From an uncultured Bacilli bacterium (GTDB lineage Bacteria; Bacillota_I; Bacilli_A; RFN20; CAG-826), in the NCBI GenBank assembly GCA_944327845.1, contig CALVHN010000001.1:323089-387088 (forward strand): DNA of 64,000 nt, read 5' to 3'. The translations under genes and the position numbers were made by a program. The notes under the pieces are model-generated. The model saw only the letters and a program-made list of their open reading frames with translations, did no database searches and was not told where the DNA came from. The number at the start of each line of letters is the position of its first letter. Within the stretch, counting starts at the first letter, position 1. Positions 36,311 through 46,235 of the stretch are shown here, piece by piece.

Positions 36311-39300
36311 ATGAAACATTCAAAAGGTTTATCAATACTCTTTGTTAGTTTGTTCACAATTGGAAGTTTTGCTTCAACTATTCCATTTATGCTAAAAAAT
36401 ACTACTCCGCAAGATGAAATAATTGATGGAGAAAATGGAGAAAATAGTGAATCAGAATTAACAAAAGAACAACAAAAAGTTAAAGATGTTAAAGATAATT
36501 TATTTGCAAATTTATCAAAATCAAATTTAAATTTTAATAATTTAACTTTAGATGTTAATCATTTAGGAAGTGAAAATAATCAACTACTTTTAACATTTAA
36601 TGGTGCTGTTGATTATATGGCATTTATGAATTCATACGAAACAAATGATCCTAGCGATGATGTTAATGCTATATTTAATGGTTCAATTAATTTAAAATAT
36701 TTAGATAATTCTATAGATGCACTTTATCCAATTAAACTTGATGAAAATCTTGATATAAAATCAAAAGGAACTGGATATTTATATTTAACTTTTTTAAATA
36801 CTAATTATAAAGTTTCAGGTAAGTTTATTAATGATGTTGTTAAATTTTTACCTACTGTAATTCCAGACTTATCTAATTTAGAAGATACTTTAAACGAAAT
36901 TTCTAAAATCGATATTATTTCGATGCTACCGATGATTATGAATGTTTTAGGTGGTTTTTCATTAGATTCAGACTTAAATCAAGATATAACTGATAATGAA
37001 TATACATTTAATCTTGTAATTACAAAGGATTTACTTGAATCATTTAATATTAATTTCAATCAAGATATTAAATTAAGTTTAACTTGCGATAGTGAGGGCT
37101 TATTAACTCATATTTCTTTAGAAGAATTAAATTTAAATGGAATCTCAATAAGTCTTGATGGTTCAACTAATATGAATCTTGATGAAGAAAATGGTTATAC
37201 TTCTGATTTTAATGAAGATAATTATACAAATGATTTAGATTGCACAACTAACTTATTAACAACAATTGGATCATTAATTAATGAAAAGAAATTTTCAAGC
37301 AATTACAATCTTTCACTTAATGAATATCAAAATGATTCAATAACAAATAATTATAATTTAAATGGTACATTACAAGGAGATATCTCAAAAGAGTCATCCT
37401 TTACTAAAGGTGCAGTTTATGATTTTACAATTGATCAATCTTCAAGTTTTAATAATTCAATCAAACTTAAATATCAAGATGAAACAACATATTTAAATTT
37501 AAATGATGACATTAAGGGAAAAGTTGAAAATTCAACAATTGAAGATATATTTTCAATTTTAAGTAAAGAAACTGATAATCAAAATATTAAAGAATCAACT
37601 GATTCGATTAACTCTATTTTATCTTCAATGCCACTTTATGAAATCATTAATGGTAATTGGTCTAAATATAAAGAATATATCAAATCTTTAACTATTAAAG
37701 ATAAAATAATGGACTTAAAAATAAATGCATCTCTCTTTAACTTACCTAATAAAGATTTTGATATTTTAATTGATTTAAATAATGATAAATTAAATGCTTT
37801 ATCCATTAAAGATTTACCAATAACTCGAAATATAAAATCTGATGGAAATACATATTTAACAACAATAGACTTTGATTTATCTTTAAAGAATTATCAAGAT
37901 TTATTAATAAATAAAGATGAATATGCTTCAATGAAAGTAGCTACTCCTTTATTTAAAACCTTAAAAGATTTAATTGATTCAAAAACTCTTGCCTTAGATT
38001 ATAATCTTGATATTTCTAACTCAAATAATACAAAAACCATTCTAAACGGCGATATTTTTGCAGATTTTAATGATTTAACTAAATTATCAAGCAGTGATTT
38101 TAATGATCCTTCATTAATTTTAAAAGATAAAAATTTAGGTAATTATTCTTTATCTCTTAATACTACAATTAATTCTATTACCCATAATGCAAAATTGAAT
38201 TTCCAAAATAATGGATTATATTTAGATTATTTTGGAATTGATGAAAATCACGCTCGTTCAAGATTATATTTTACTAATCAATCATTAGGTAATATCTTCG
38301 ATTTTATTAATGGATTAAATGGATCAAGTTCAAATACTGAAACATTTGAACCTATTAATGATGTTATTAATTCATTAAATGATTTTACACTTGGAGACAT
38401 CTTTAATATTTTAAAAGCCGATACAATTAAAAATGTTACACAATATATTGATATCTATAATGAAAATAATAAAGATAGTTTAGTTGTTAATATTGATACT
38501 AAATTATTTGATCTTGATGGTGGAAATTTAACATTAATTCTTAATGATAACACTGATGAATTATTAACTTTAAGTGCTTCTATTAACTTAAATGATGATT
38601 CACTTTATAAAATAGATTTAAATTTTAAAAATTATGATGAATCATATTTAATACCTGAACAAGAAATAACAGATTATTATAAAAATATGGATGGAACTGT
38701 TGATTCAATCTTAAATTTAATTAATGGTTTTAATTCATCAATGAAGCTAAATGCTTATTCTTTACCACTTAATAATGACCAAGAAAGGGAGCAATCCCTT
38801 TCTGGTTATGTAAATATTGATACAAATTTTTTTGAAGGTTTTTTTGAATCTTCCACTACTTCTAGCTCTCCATATAAGATAGAATTTCTAAAAGATACTG
38901 AAAATCATATACTTTTTGAATATAACGACTTACTTCAAGCACAATCAAACACTCAAGCAATAACTGATTCAATAAAAGAAATATCAACAATTAAAGAAGA
39001 TAATATTTTATATATCTACCTTGAAAAAATTCTTCCTTTAATAAATTTATTAACATCTAATGATAAGAATTCTTTCAAGATAGATATTACTGATATCATA
39101 AACCTGTTATCTAAGTTAGATGGGAGTCTTACTTTTGAAGTAATTGATTCATATGTATTAAATTTAAACTTAGATATAAATAAGATTCTTTCGAAAATAA
39201 ATAATACATCTTATGAAGAAAGTAAAATTATTTCTTTATCTTTAAATTTTAATCCTTTAATTGAAAATACATATCTTTCATTAATGATTACTTATGATAA

Positions 39301-40282
39301 TATCCAATATGAAATTGATTTAATAAACGGCTTAGTTAGTGATAACAATATTTCTTTTTCAACTGATATTGGAATAATTGATTTAAATGACTTACCAATA
39401 TTAATTAAAATGGGAATCTCAACAACTAATAAAAATGCTTATAAAATAAGTGGAATATTAAATACAAGTACTAGCGGATTAACTGAAATTATTTTAAGCG
39501 TAAATATTAACGCAAATGTTGATGTTTATATTTCAGTAAGTGACAGCATCAATGATTCAAATTTATTAGAAGTTAAATGTTTAATTAATCTTTCAGCTTA
39601 TGTAAATGAAAATAAACCAGCTTTTGGAACAAAAGCTACAAGAGAATACGTTAAAACATCTTTTTACGTTTATCAAATGAATGCTTATATTAAAAGAACT
39701 TTGCAAAACCAAGAAGCAACAAGAAGAAATATCTTTTCAAGTTGGTCTGATTACTCAAGTGTTGGAGATCCATCTGTTCAATATCAAAAAGTTCAATCTA
39801 GCGATATGGTTAAAAATATTGTTTACTACTTATTTGCTTATTCTTTAAGACAAGATAGTTTATATAATCAAATAAATAATATGTTTAGTGGAGCTGATAT
39901 GGATATTAATACACTTCTTGGTTATATTAATAGTTTTGGAAATGTAAGTGCAGAAAATAAATTTCAACTTGTCTTAGATATAATGGGTATTTTAGATTTA
40001 TATGTTGATATTGGATATAATTCACAAAGTTTTGAATTAGAAAATTTACATGTATATACAACTTTTGACATTTTTATTGCTACTTTAAGTATTGATTTAA
40101 ATGTTTCAAATCAACATATTAGTGGCATAGAAGATATCCAAAATGAAATAAATGAATTCGATAATTTTATTTTAAACTTTACTTCAAATGACAATACTAA
40201 AAACTTAAATTGGGTAACTGATCCAACAACCCAACTTTCTGATCCTTCATTTGTTTATACAACAAATTCAAATATTTTTTAG
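36311..40282 (+). CDS. Giant N-terminally anchored or secreted Asn/Asp/Ile/Leu-rich protein, unknown function
   Basis: 1323 aa. The N-terminal hydrophobic segment is GLSILFVSLFTIGSFAS. The remainder is low-complexity-biased with no motif I recognise. An RBS GGAAGGAAAG lies before the ATG. Confidence 0.65.
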   Translation: MKHSKGLSILFVSLFTIGSFASTIPFMLKNTTPQDEIIDGENGENSESELTKEQQKVKDVKDNLFANLSKSNLNFNNLTLDVNHLGSENNQLLLTFNGAVDYMAFMNSYETNDPSDDVNAIFNGSINLKYLDNSIDALYPIKLDENLDIKSKGTGYLYLTFLNTNYKVSGKFINDVVKFLPTVIPDLSNLEDTLNEISKIDIISMLPMIMNVLGGFSLDSDLNQDITDNEYTFNLVITKDLLESFNINFNQDIKLSLTCDSEGLLTHISLEELNLNGISISLDGSTNMNLDEENGYTSDFNEDNYTNDLDCTTNLLTTIGSLINEKKFSSNYNLSLNEYQNDSITNNYNLNGTLQGDISKESSFTKGAVYDFTIDQSSSFNNSIKLKYQDETTYLNLNDDIKGKVENSTIEDIFSILSKETDNQNIKESTDSINSILSSMPLYEIINGNWSKYKEYIKSLTIKDKIMDLKINASLFNLPNKDFDILIDLNNDKLNALSIKDLPITRNIKSDGNTYLTTIDFDLSLKNYQDLLINKDEYASMKVATPLFKTLKDLIDSKTLALDYNLDISNSNNTKTILNGDIFADFNDLTKLSSSDFNDPSLILKDKNLGNYSLSLNTTINSITHNAKLNFQNNGLYLDYFGIDENHARSRLYFTNQSLGNIFDFINGLNGSSSNTETFEPINDVINSLNDFTLGDIFNILKADTIKNVTQYIDIYNENNKDSLVVNIDTKLFDLDGGNLTLILNDNTDELLTLSASINLNDDSLYKIDLNFKNYDESYLIPEQEITDYYKNMDGTVDSILNLINGFNSSMKLNAYSLPLNNDQEREQSLSGYVNIDTNFFEGFFESSTTSSSPYKIEFLKDTENHILFEYNDLLQAQSNTQAITDSIKEISTIKEDNILYIYLEKILPLINLLTSNDKNSFKIDITDIINLLSKLDGSLTFEVIDSYVLNLNLDINKILSKINNTSYEESKIISLSLNFNPLIENTYLSLMITYDNIQYEIDLINGLVSDNNISFSTDIGIIDLNDLPILIKMGISTTNKNAYKISGILNTSTSGLTEIILSVNINANVDVYISVSDSINDSNLLEVKCLINLSAYVNENKPAFGTKATREYVKTSFYVYQMNAYIKRTLQNQEATRRNIFSSWSDYSSVGDPSVQYQKVQSSDMVKNIVYYLFAYSLRQDSLYNQINNMFSGADMDINTLLGYINSFGNVSAENKFQLVLDIMGILDLYVDIGYNSQSFELENLHVYTTFDIFIATLSIDLNVSNQHISGIEDIQNEINEFDNFILNFTSNDNTKNLNWVTDPTTQLSDPSFVYTTNSNIF

Positions 40283-40990
40283 AAAAACTATGTAAATCCC
40301 ACTTATTTTTAAATAGTTTTATACTAAATTCCTTTGTTTTATAAAGATATATTGTTGAATGTATTGCTTCTTTTGCTTGAGTGCTCTAATAGTTTTTAGG
40401 TATATAAAGATTCTTATATCTTGTAACACCTAACTTATTAACAATTTCATTAAACTCAATGGTATTAAACATTTTAAAATGATTTGCTTCTTGTTCAATT
40501 ATTGTCTTTATAAAATTAATAAATGCGTTTAAATCATCACTTAAATAAAGATATTAAACAATTATCAGCATTACTCTTCTAACCTTATTTCTTAATGTGA
40601 TAATTGCTCTTTTAATGAAGTTAGGTTCGCTAATTATGGTTAAAAAAACATAAGTTGCATTATCTTCTAAAATCTTAATAATTTAAAAAGTATTGCTTGT
40701 TTAGTTATAATTCATTTAACTTAAAAATAGTTCCTAGCGAAGTTTATTAGTTCAACTTTTATGAAGCAATAGTTTACTTTTTAGGCCGACTTATTTAAGG
40801 AAAAATTATAGCAATTGAGAAAACAAATAAACTTGCTTGAAAACATATTCTTTAATATAAAAAATTAAGGCAGTTTTATTGTCGCTTTTGACAACTTTTT
40901 ACCATAAAATTGTTTAAAAATTAAGGCTTCAAAAATAATAAATTAATTTTTTGCAAAGTCTAAAAATTCGAGCGATTTTTTTAAAAATTT

Positions 40991-41058
40991 TTCCACCTTT
41001 TTTCCACCCAAGACATAAAAAAAGCCGATATAATCGGCGATTTTACAAGTTTGGTGCC
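40991..41058. repeat. 68-bp repeat, copy B, downstream of tRNA-Thr(TGT); contains its terminator
   Basis: 64 of 68 positions are identical to 30351-30418. The hairpin is GCCGAT-ata-ATCGGC (41024-41038). Confidence 0.8.
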
Positions 41059-41127
41059 TTCTGCCGGAATCGAACCAGCAACCTACTGATTACAAATCAG
41101 TTGCTCTGCCAATTGAGCTAAGAAGGC
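41052..41127 (-). tRNA. tRNA-Thr (anticodon TGT)
   Basis: Hand fold of 76 nt. The acceptor is GCCTTCT/AGAAGGC, the anticodon stem is ACTGA/TCAGT with loop TTTGTAA, the T-arm is GCTGG-TTCGATT-CCGGC, and CCA is encoded. Confidence 0.9.
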
Positions 41128-41135
41128 ATTTGTTT

Positions 41136-41210
41136 TGGTGGGCACTGTAAGAATTGGACTTACGACCCCTACTGTGTGAAAGTAGTGCTCTCCCACTGAG
41201 CTAAGTACCC
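41136..41210 (-). tRNA. tRNA-Val (anticodon CAC) with an unusual T-loop
   Basis: Hand fold of 75 nt. The acceptor is GGGTACT/AGTGCCC, the anticodon stem is CTACT/AGTAG with loop TTCACAC, and the T-arm is GTAAG-TCCAATT-CTTAC (C at position 55). CCA is encoded. Confidence 0.8.
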
Positions 41211-41245
41211 TTAGCTTCTTATATTTAATACGACATTTAATTTAA

Positions 41246-41322
<77 letters not shown>

Positions 41323-41392
41323 ATAACTTAAAAGTCGCTTAAATAATATACACTACTTTTAAATATTAAACAAGATATAAAGTATAATTTTT

Positions 41393-42076
41393 TTATAAAA
41401 TTTGAGTCATTCGATAGCCACGACCAATATCTGTTCGAATAAGCTTTTCAGAATTCTCATCTTTTGCAATTTTCTTTCTAATACCGGCCATAAAAACACG
41501 TAAGCCATTTTGATCTTGTCCATCAGGTCCCCATACATGAGAAATAATATAATGATGATCAAGTGTTTTATTTAAGTTGTTAGCTAGCAAACATATAATT
41601 TTATATTCAAAATTAGTAAATCTTACTTCAACGCCATTAATGTAAACAGTTTTTGCATCGTAATCGATAGTTAAAGAACCATTTTTAAAAATATGTTTCT
41701 CTTCTTTTTTTAAATAACGAAATTGATTTTTAATACGTGCATTTAATTCATAAAAATTGCAAGGTTTTACCATATAATCGTTTGCACCAGTTTCTAAAGC
41801 CATAACTTTAGTTTCAATATTACTAATTTGAGAACAAACAATAATTGGTAATTCGTTATTGAAACTACGAATTGTTTCAATAGCATACATCCCATTTCTT
41901 CCAGGTAATCTTAAATCAATAATCATTAAATCAATTGTTGATTTAATGCAAGCATCAATTGCATCCTGTGCACCATTAACACTAATTATTCGATAATCAT
42001 CCTTTAAGAATGACTTTAATTGTGATTGAAATATTTTATCATCATCAACAATTAATATGATTTTTTTCTTTTTTTC
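41393..42076 (-). CDS. OmpR/PhoB-family response regulator (no kinase gene adjacent)
   Basis: Receiver domain (ILIVDDD.., DLMIIDLRLPG, YMVKP) and winged-helix C-terminus (LRVFMAGIRKKI..IRTDIGRGYRM). I chose the start at MEKKKKI. The track ORF starts at 42115. Confidence 0.8.
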   Translation of the reverse strand, partial: EKKKKIILIVDDDKIFQSQLKSFLKDDYRIISVNGAQDAIDACIKSTIDLMIIDLRLPGRNGMYAIETIRSFNNELPIIVCSQISNIETKVMALETGANDYMVKPCNFYELNARIKNQFRYLKKEEKHIFKNGSLTIDYDAKTVYINGVEVRFTNFEYKIICLLANNLNKTLDHHYIISHVWGPDGQDQNGLRVFMAGIRKKIAKDENSEKLIRTDIGRGYRMTQIL

Positions 42077-42154
42077 CATACATTTAATTATACTTACTAT
42101 TAAGTTTATATTCAATTAAACTTAATTTTAATCTTCTTTCCTCTAACTTTTTTA

Positions 42155-42186
42155 TAAAAAAAGTCCTCATTAGAAGGACTTTTTAT
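42155..42186 (-). terminator. Terminator after the ABC exporter pair
   Basis: AGTCCT-cattaga-AGGACT flanked by A7 and T5. On the minus strand the hairpin is followed by TTTTTTT. Confidence 0.5.
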
Positions 42187-44144
42187 TCTAATTCGAAAGC
42201 ACCAGTATAAAGTTGATAATAAACTCCACCTTGTGCAATTAAATCATCATGATTTCCTCTTTCAATAATTCTACCATGATCTAAAACCATAATAACGTCA
42301 GAATTTTGAATCGTAGAAAGTCTATGAGCGATAACAAATACTGTACGGCCTTTCATTAAATTATCCATACCTTTTGTAACAATAGCTTCTGTTCTAGTAT
42401 CAATTGATGAAGTAGCTTCATCTAAAACCATAACAGGAGCATCGTTTACTGCAGCTCTAGCAATAGAAAGCAATTGTCTTTGGCCTTGAGATAAATTACT
42501 TCCATCATTAGTTAAATAGGTTTGATAACCTTCTGGTAAACGTTCGATAAAACCATGAGCATTAGCAAGTTTTGCAGCTGCGATACATTCTTCATCGGTT
42601 GCATCAAGTTTACCATAACGAATATTATCCATAATTGTTCCTGAGAATAAATTAGTATCTTGAAGAACCATTCCTAACGATCTTCTTAAATCTTTTTTAG
42701 AAATTTTATTAATATTAATTCCATCATATCTAATTTTTCCATCAGCAATATCATAGAATCTATTTAATAAGTTAGTAATTGTAGTTTTACCAGCACCAGT
42801 TGCACCAACAAAAGCAACCTTTTGTCCAGGATAAGCATATAAAGTGATGTTATGTAAAACGATTTGATTTGGAACATATCCAAAATCAACATCAAACATT
42901 CTAATATCACCTTCAAGCAATGTATAAGTAACAGTTCCATCAGCTTTATGAGGATGTTTCCAAGCCCAGATTGTTTGTTCTTTACGGTTATTTACTTCAA
43001 CAATATTACCGTTTTCATCGTACTTTGCTCGGCATAACTTAACATATCCATCATCAACTTCTTGCTCTTCATCAAGAATTTGATAAATACGTTTAGCTCC
43101 TCCTGTAGCTAAAGCGATGGTATTAATTTGGTTGGACATTTGAGCGACGGAATTAGTAAATTGTCTAACCATAGGTAAGAATGAAACAATAATTCCAACC
43201 CAAGTTGCTACTTCAATACCATAATATAAACTTCCTTCGCTATTAGCGGTAAAAGATAAGTTTGGAACATTATATAAACATAATAAAGTGCCAACAACTG
43301 CAACAATGATATACATTAAATTTCCAATATTTCCAATAATAGGCATTAAGATATTGGCATAACCATGTGCTCTTGTTGAAACAGATTGTAACTCATCTAA
43401 TATACCATTATATTTTTGAATACTTTCACTTTCGTGATTAAATGATTTAATAACTTTTAAACCATTCATCATCTCTTCAATAAAACCTTCTTGTTTACCA
43501 ATATAAACTTGTTGTTTAATAAAGTTTTTCGAGCTATTTCCACCAATATGTCTAGCATTTAAAAACATAAAGATAGCACCAATTATTACAATAAATAATA
43601 ACCATATTGAAGAAATCGACATAATAACTAAAGCGGCAAGGAAAGTGACGGAACACATTAATATTTCTGGAACAGAAGAAACAATAAATTCTCTGATTGT
43701 ATCAACATCGTTTGTATAAACCGACATGATATCACCTTTATCATGAGTATCAAAAAATCTTATTGGTAAATCTTCCATGTGTGAGAAAATTTTTCTTCTT
43801 AATTCATCAAGATATTTTTGAGCAGTAATAGCGTTAATTTGAGCAAAAGTAAATGCTGCACAAATTGAAATAAAATAACAACAAATTAATACGATAATAA
43901 GATTTAAAATCTCATCCCAATAAAGTTCAAAAGCATTAGTAATACTTCCACTTTTTAATCCAGCTTCAGTTAATATTTTAACAACATTTTGTAAAACTAA
44001 AGGAGCGACAATATTTCCTAAAGCAACTAAAAATGTACATAAAAAGGAAATAATTAAAGCAACCTTATGTGATAAAAAATAATCAATAATCAAGCGAATT
44101 AAAGCTGGTTTATTTTTATGTTTTACATTATTAATATTAGGCAT
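42183..44144 (-). CDS. ABC exporter subunit (TMD-NBD fusion), consensus-site half of a heterodimer
   Basis: Six TM helices plus an NBD. Walker A is GATGAGKTT, Walker B with catalytic Glu is VMVLDEATS, and the signature is the variant LSQGQ. It overlaps the upstream partner by 8 nt. Confidence 0.85.
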   Translation of the reverse strand: MPNINNVKHKNKPALIRLIIDYFLSHKVALIISFLCTFLVALGNIVAPLVLQNVVKILTEAGLKSGSITNAFELYWDEILNLIIVLICCYFISICAAFTFAQINAITAQKYLDELRRKIFSHMEDLPIRFFDTHDKGDIMSVYTNDVDTIREFIVSSVPEILMCSVTFLAALVIMSISSIWLLFIVIIGAIFMFLNARHIGGNSSKNFIKQQVYIGKQEGFIEEMMNGLKVIKSFNHESESIQKYNGILDELQSVSTRAHGYANILMPIIGNIGNLMYIIVAVVGTLLCLYNVPNLSFTANSEGSLYYGIEVATWVGIIVSFLPMVRQFTNSVAQMSNQINTIALATGGAKRIYQILDEEQEVDDGYVKLCRAKYDENGNIVEVNNRKEQTIWAWKHPHKADGTVTYTLLEGDIRMFDVDFGYVPNQIVLHNITLYAYPGQKVAFVGATGAGKTTITNLLNRFYDIADGKIRYDGININKISKKDLRRSLGMVLQDTNLFSGTIMDNIRYGKLDATDEECIAAAKLANAHGFIERLPEGYQTYLTNDGSNLSQGQRQLLSIARAAVNDAPVMVLDEATSSIDTRTEAIVTKGMDNLMKGRTVFVIAHRLSTIQNSDVIMVLDHGRIIERGNHDDLIAQGGVYYQLYTGAFELE

Positions 44145-45975
44145 TTTGATTACCTCCTATTTGATTTTGAATATCAAAAATTTCTTTATAGATATCATTT
44201 GTCTTTAATAATTCTTCATGATTACCAATTCCACTAATCTTACCATTATCTAAAACAATAATCTTATCAGCATCCATTACTGAGCTAACTCTTTGAGCAA
44301 TTATAATTTTAGTGGTGTTTGGCAAGGTTTTTCTAAGTCCACTACGAATATAGGCATCAGTTTTAGTATCAACAGCACTTGTTGAATCATCTAAAATTAA
44401 GATTTTTGGTTTCTTTAAAATGGCTCGAGCAATACACAATCTTTGTTTTTGACCACCAGAGAAATTGCTTCCTCCTTGTAAAACAATGCAGTTATATCCA
44501 TCTTTTTTATCAAGAATAAAAGAATCGCATTGAGCAATTTTACAAGCCTCTGCAATTTCTTCATCAGTTGCATTTTTATTACCCCAACGTAAGTTTTCAG
44601 CAATAGTTCCAGAAAATAAAACATTCTTTTGTAAAACCATCGAAACTTGGTTTCTTAAACTAACTAAATCATAATCTTTAACATTAACTCCACCAACCTT
44701 AACTTCTCCAGTTGTTGTGTCATAAAATCTTGAAATTAAATTAACTAATGTTGATTTAGAAGAACCAGTTCCTCCAATAATACCAATCATTTCACCTTCT
44801 TTGATTTTGATATTAATATCGCTTAAAGCATAATTTTTAGCGGTATCTTTATATTTAAAATTAACATTATTAAATTCAATATTACCAGTTTTAACTTCTT
44901 TAATAGCATTTTCTTTATTTTTAATTGTAGGTTCTTCAATTAATACCTCATAAACTCTCTTCATTGAAGCAATAGAGAATGCAACATTAAAGAAAACCAT
45001 CGATAGCATCATAAGTGAAGATAAAATTTGAGCTCCATAAGTAATTAAAGCCGACATTTGTCCAACATTAAATCCTGAAGTTTCTCCATTTGTAATACCA
45101 TTTAAAATTGCTAATGAACCAAAAGAAATAATTAAAGACATTGATAAATACATCGTTATATACATTAATGGATTTGTTAAAGCGATTAATCTTTCAGCTT
45201 TAATAAAACCTTTCATTACATTTTGTGATGCATTTTTAAACTTATCTTTTTCATATTCTTCTCTAACATAAGTTTTAACAACTCTAATTCCTCTAACGTT
45301 TTCATTAATCGATTCATTTAAACGATCATATTTTTTAAATACTTTTAAGAAAATAGGTGTAACAAAATAAATTACTAATATTAAGGCAATTGCTAAGACT
45401 GGAACAGTAATTGCATAGATCCAAGCCATATTAGGAGCCATAATTGCTGCCATTATAATTGAAAAAATAAGCATTAAAGGTCCTCTTAAACCGACTCTAA
45501 TTATCATCATAAATGCTAATTGAATATAGAAAACATCGGTTGTTTGACGAGTGACTAAACTTGGAATTGAAAATTTATCAATATTTTTGAAAGAGAATGT
45601 TGTTAACTTATTAAAAATATCTTCTCTAACATTTCTAGCATAACCAACACTAGCTCTTGCAGAAAATCTACCAGCAAATATACCACATAATAAAGAAACA
45701 ATTGCTAAACCAAGTAAAATTCCAGCATACATTAAAATTGTTGGTAAAAAATCATTTGTTGCAACATCGCCCTCTCCAAAATCAGTCATAGTGTTAATAA
45801 GTAACGACATAATAAAAGGAATAATACATTCTAATAAAGTTTCTAAAACAATAAAAATAATTGATAAAATCGTATCTTTTTTATATTGTCTTATACATTT
45901 TAAGAAACGTTTTATGATGTCTCGATATTTAAAATTAGCAACTTCATAACTTTCTAATTTTTCTTCTTTTGTCAT
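44137..45975 (-). CDS. ABC exporter subunit (TMD-NBD fusion), degenerate-site half of a heterodimer
   Basis: Walker A is GGTGSSKST and the signature is FSGGQ. Walker B ILILDDSTS has Ser in place of the catalytic Glu. Confidence 0.85.
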   Translation of the reverse strand: MTKEEKLESYEVANFKYRDIIKRFLKCIRQYKKDTILSIIFIVLETLLECIIPFIMSLLINTMTDFGEGDVATNDFLPTILMYAGILLGLAIVSLLCGIFAGRFSARASVGYARNVREDIFNKLTTFSFKNIDKFSIPSLVTRQTTDVFYIQLAFMMIIRVGLRGPLMLIFSIIMAAIMAPNMAWIYAITVPVLAIALILVIYFVTPIFLKVFKKYDRLNESINENVRGIRVVKTYVREEYEKDKFKNASQNVMKGFIKAERLIALTNPLMYITMYLSMSLIISFGSLAILNGITNGETSGFNVGQMSALITYGAQILSSLMMLSMVFFNVAFSIASMKRVYEVLIEEPTIKNKENAIKEVKTGNIEFNNVNFKYKDTAKNYALSDINIKIKEGEMIGIIGGTGSSKSTLVNLISRFYDTTTGEVKVGGVNVKDYDLVSLRNQVSMVLQKNVLFSGTIAENLRWGNKNATDEEIAEACKIAQCDSFILDKKDGYNCIVLQGGSNFSGGQKQRLCIARAILKKPKILILDDSTSAVDTKTDAYIRSGLRKTLPNTTKIIIAQRVSSVMDADKIIVLDNGKISGIGNHEELLKTNDIYKEIFDIQNQIGGNQNA

Positions 45976-46001
45976 AAAATTTCTCCTTTCTTAATAAAAA
46001 A

Positions 46002-46034
46002 GTTAATAAATTTGCACCAAGGAAATTTATTAAC
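46002..46034. promoter_or_regulatory. 12-bp-arm inverted repeat upstream of the ABC exporter operon
   Basis: GTTAATAAATTT-gcaccaagg-AAATTTATTAAC, located 27-59 bp upstream of the start codon at 45975. Confidence 0.35.
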
Positions 46035-46235
46035 AAATATAAGACCTATAGATATCTATAAGTATGTAATATTTTAGTTAAACAAAAAGCAGTTTTCAAC
46101 GATTTTAATTTTTGTAAACGCTTACTTTGTATCATAAAAAATATGATAGATACATAAGCTATAAGATATATTTTTATTACTTAACTTTTAAAATCAATTA
46201 TGATATATTTTTAACGATTTTTAGGAGGGTTCTAG

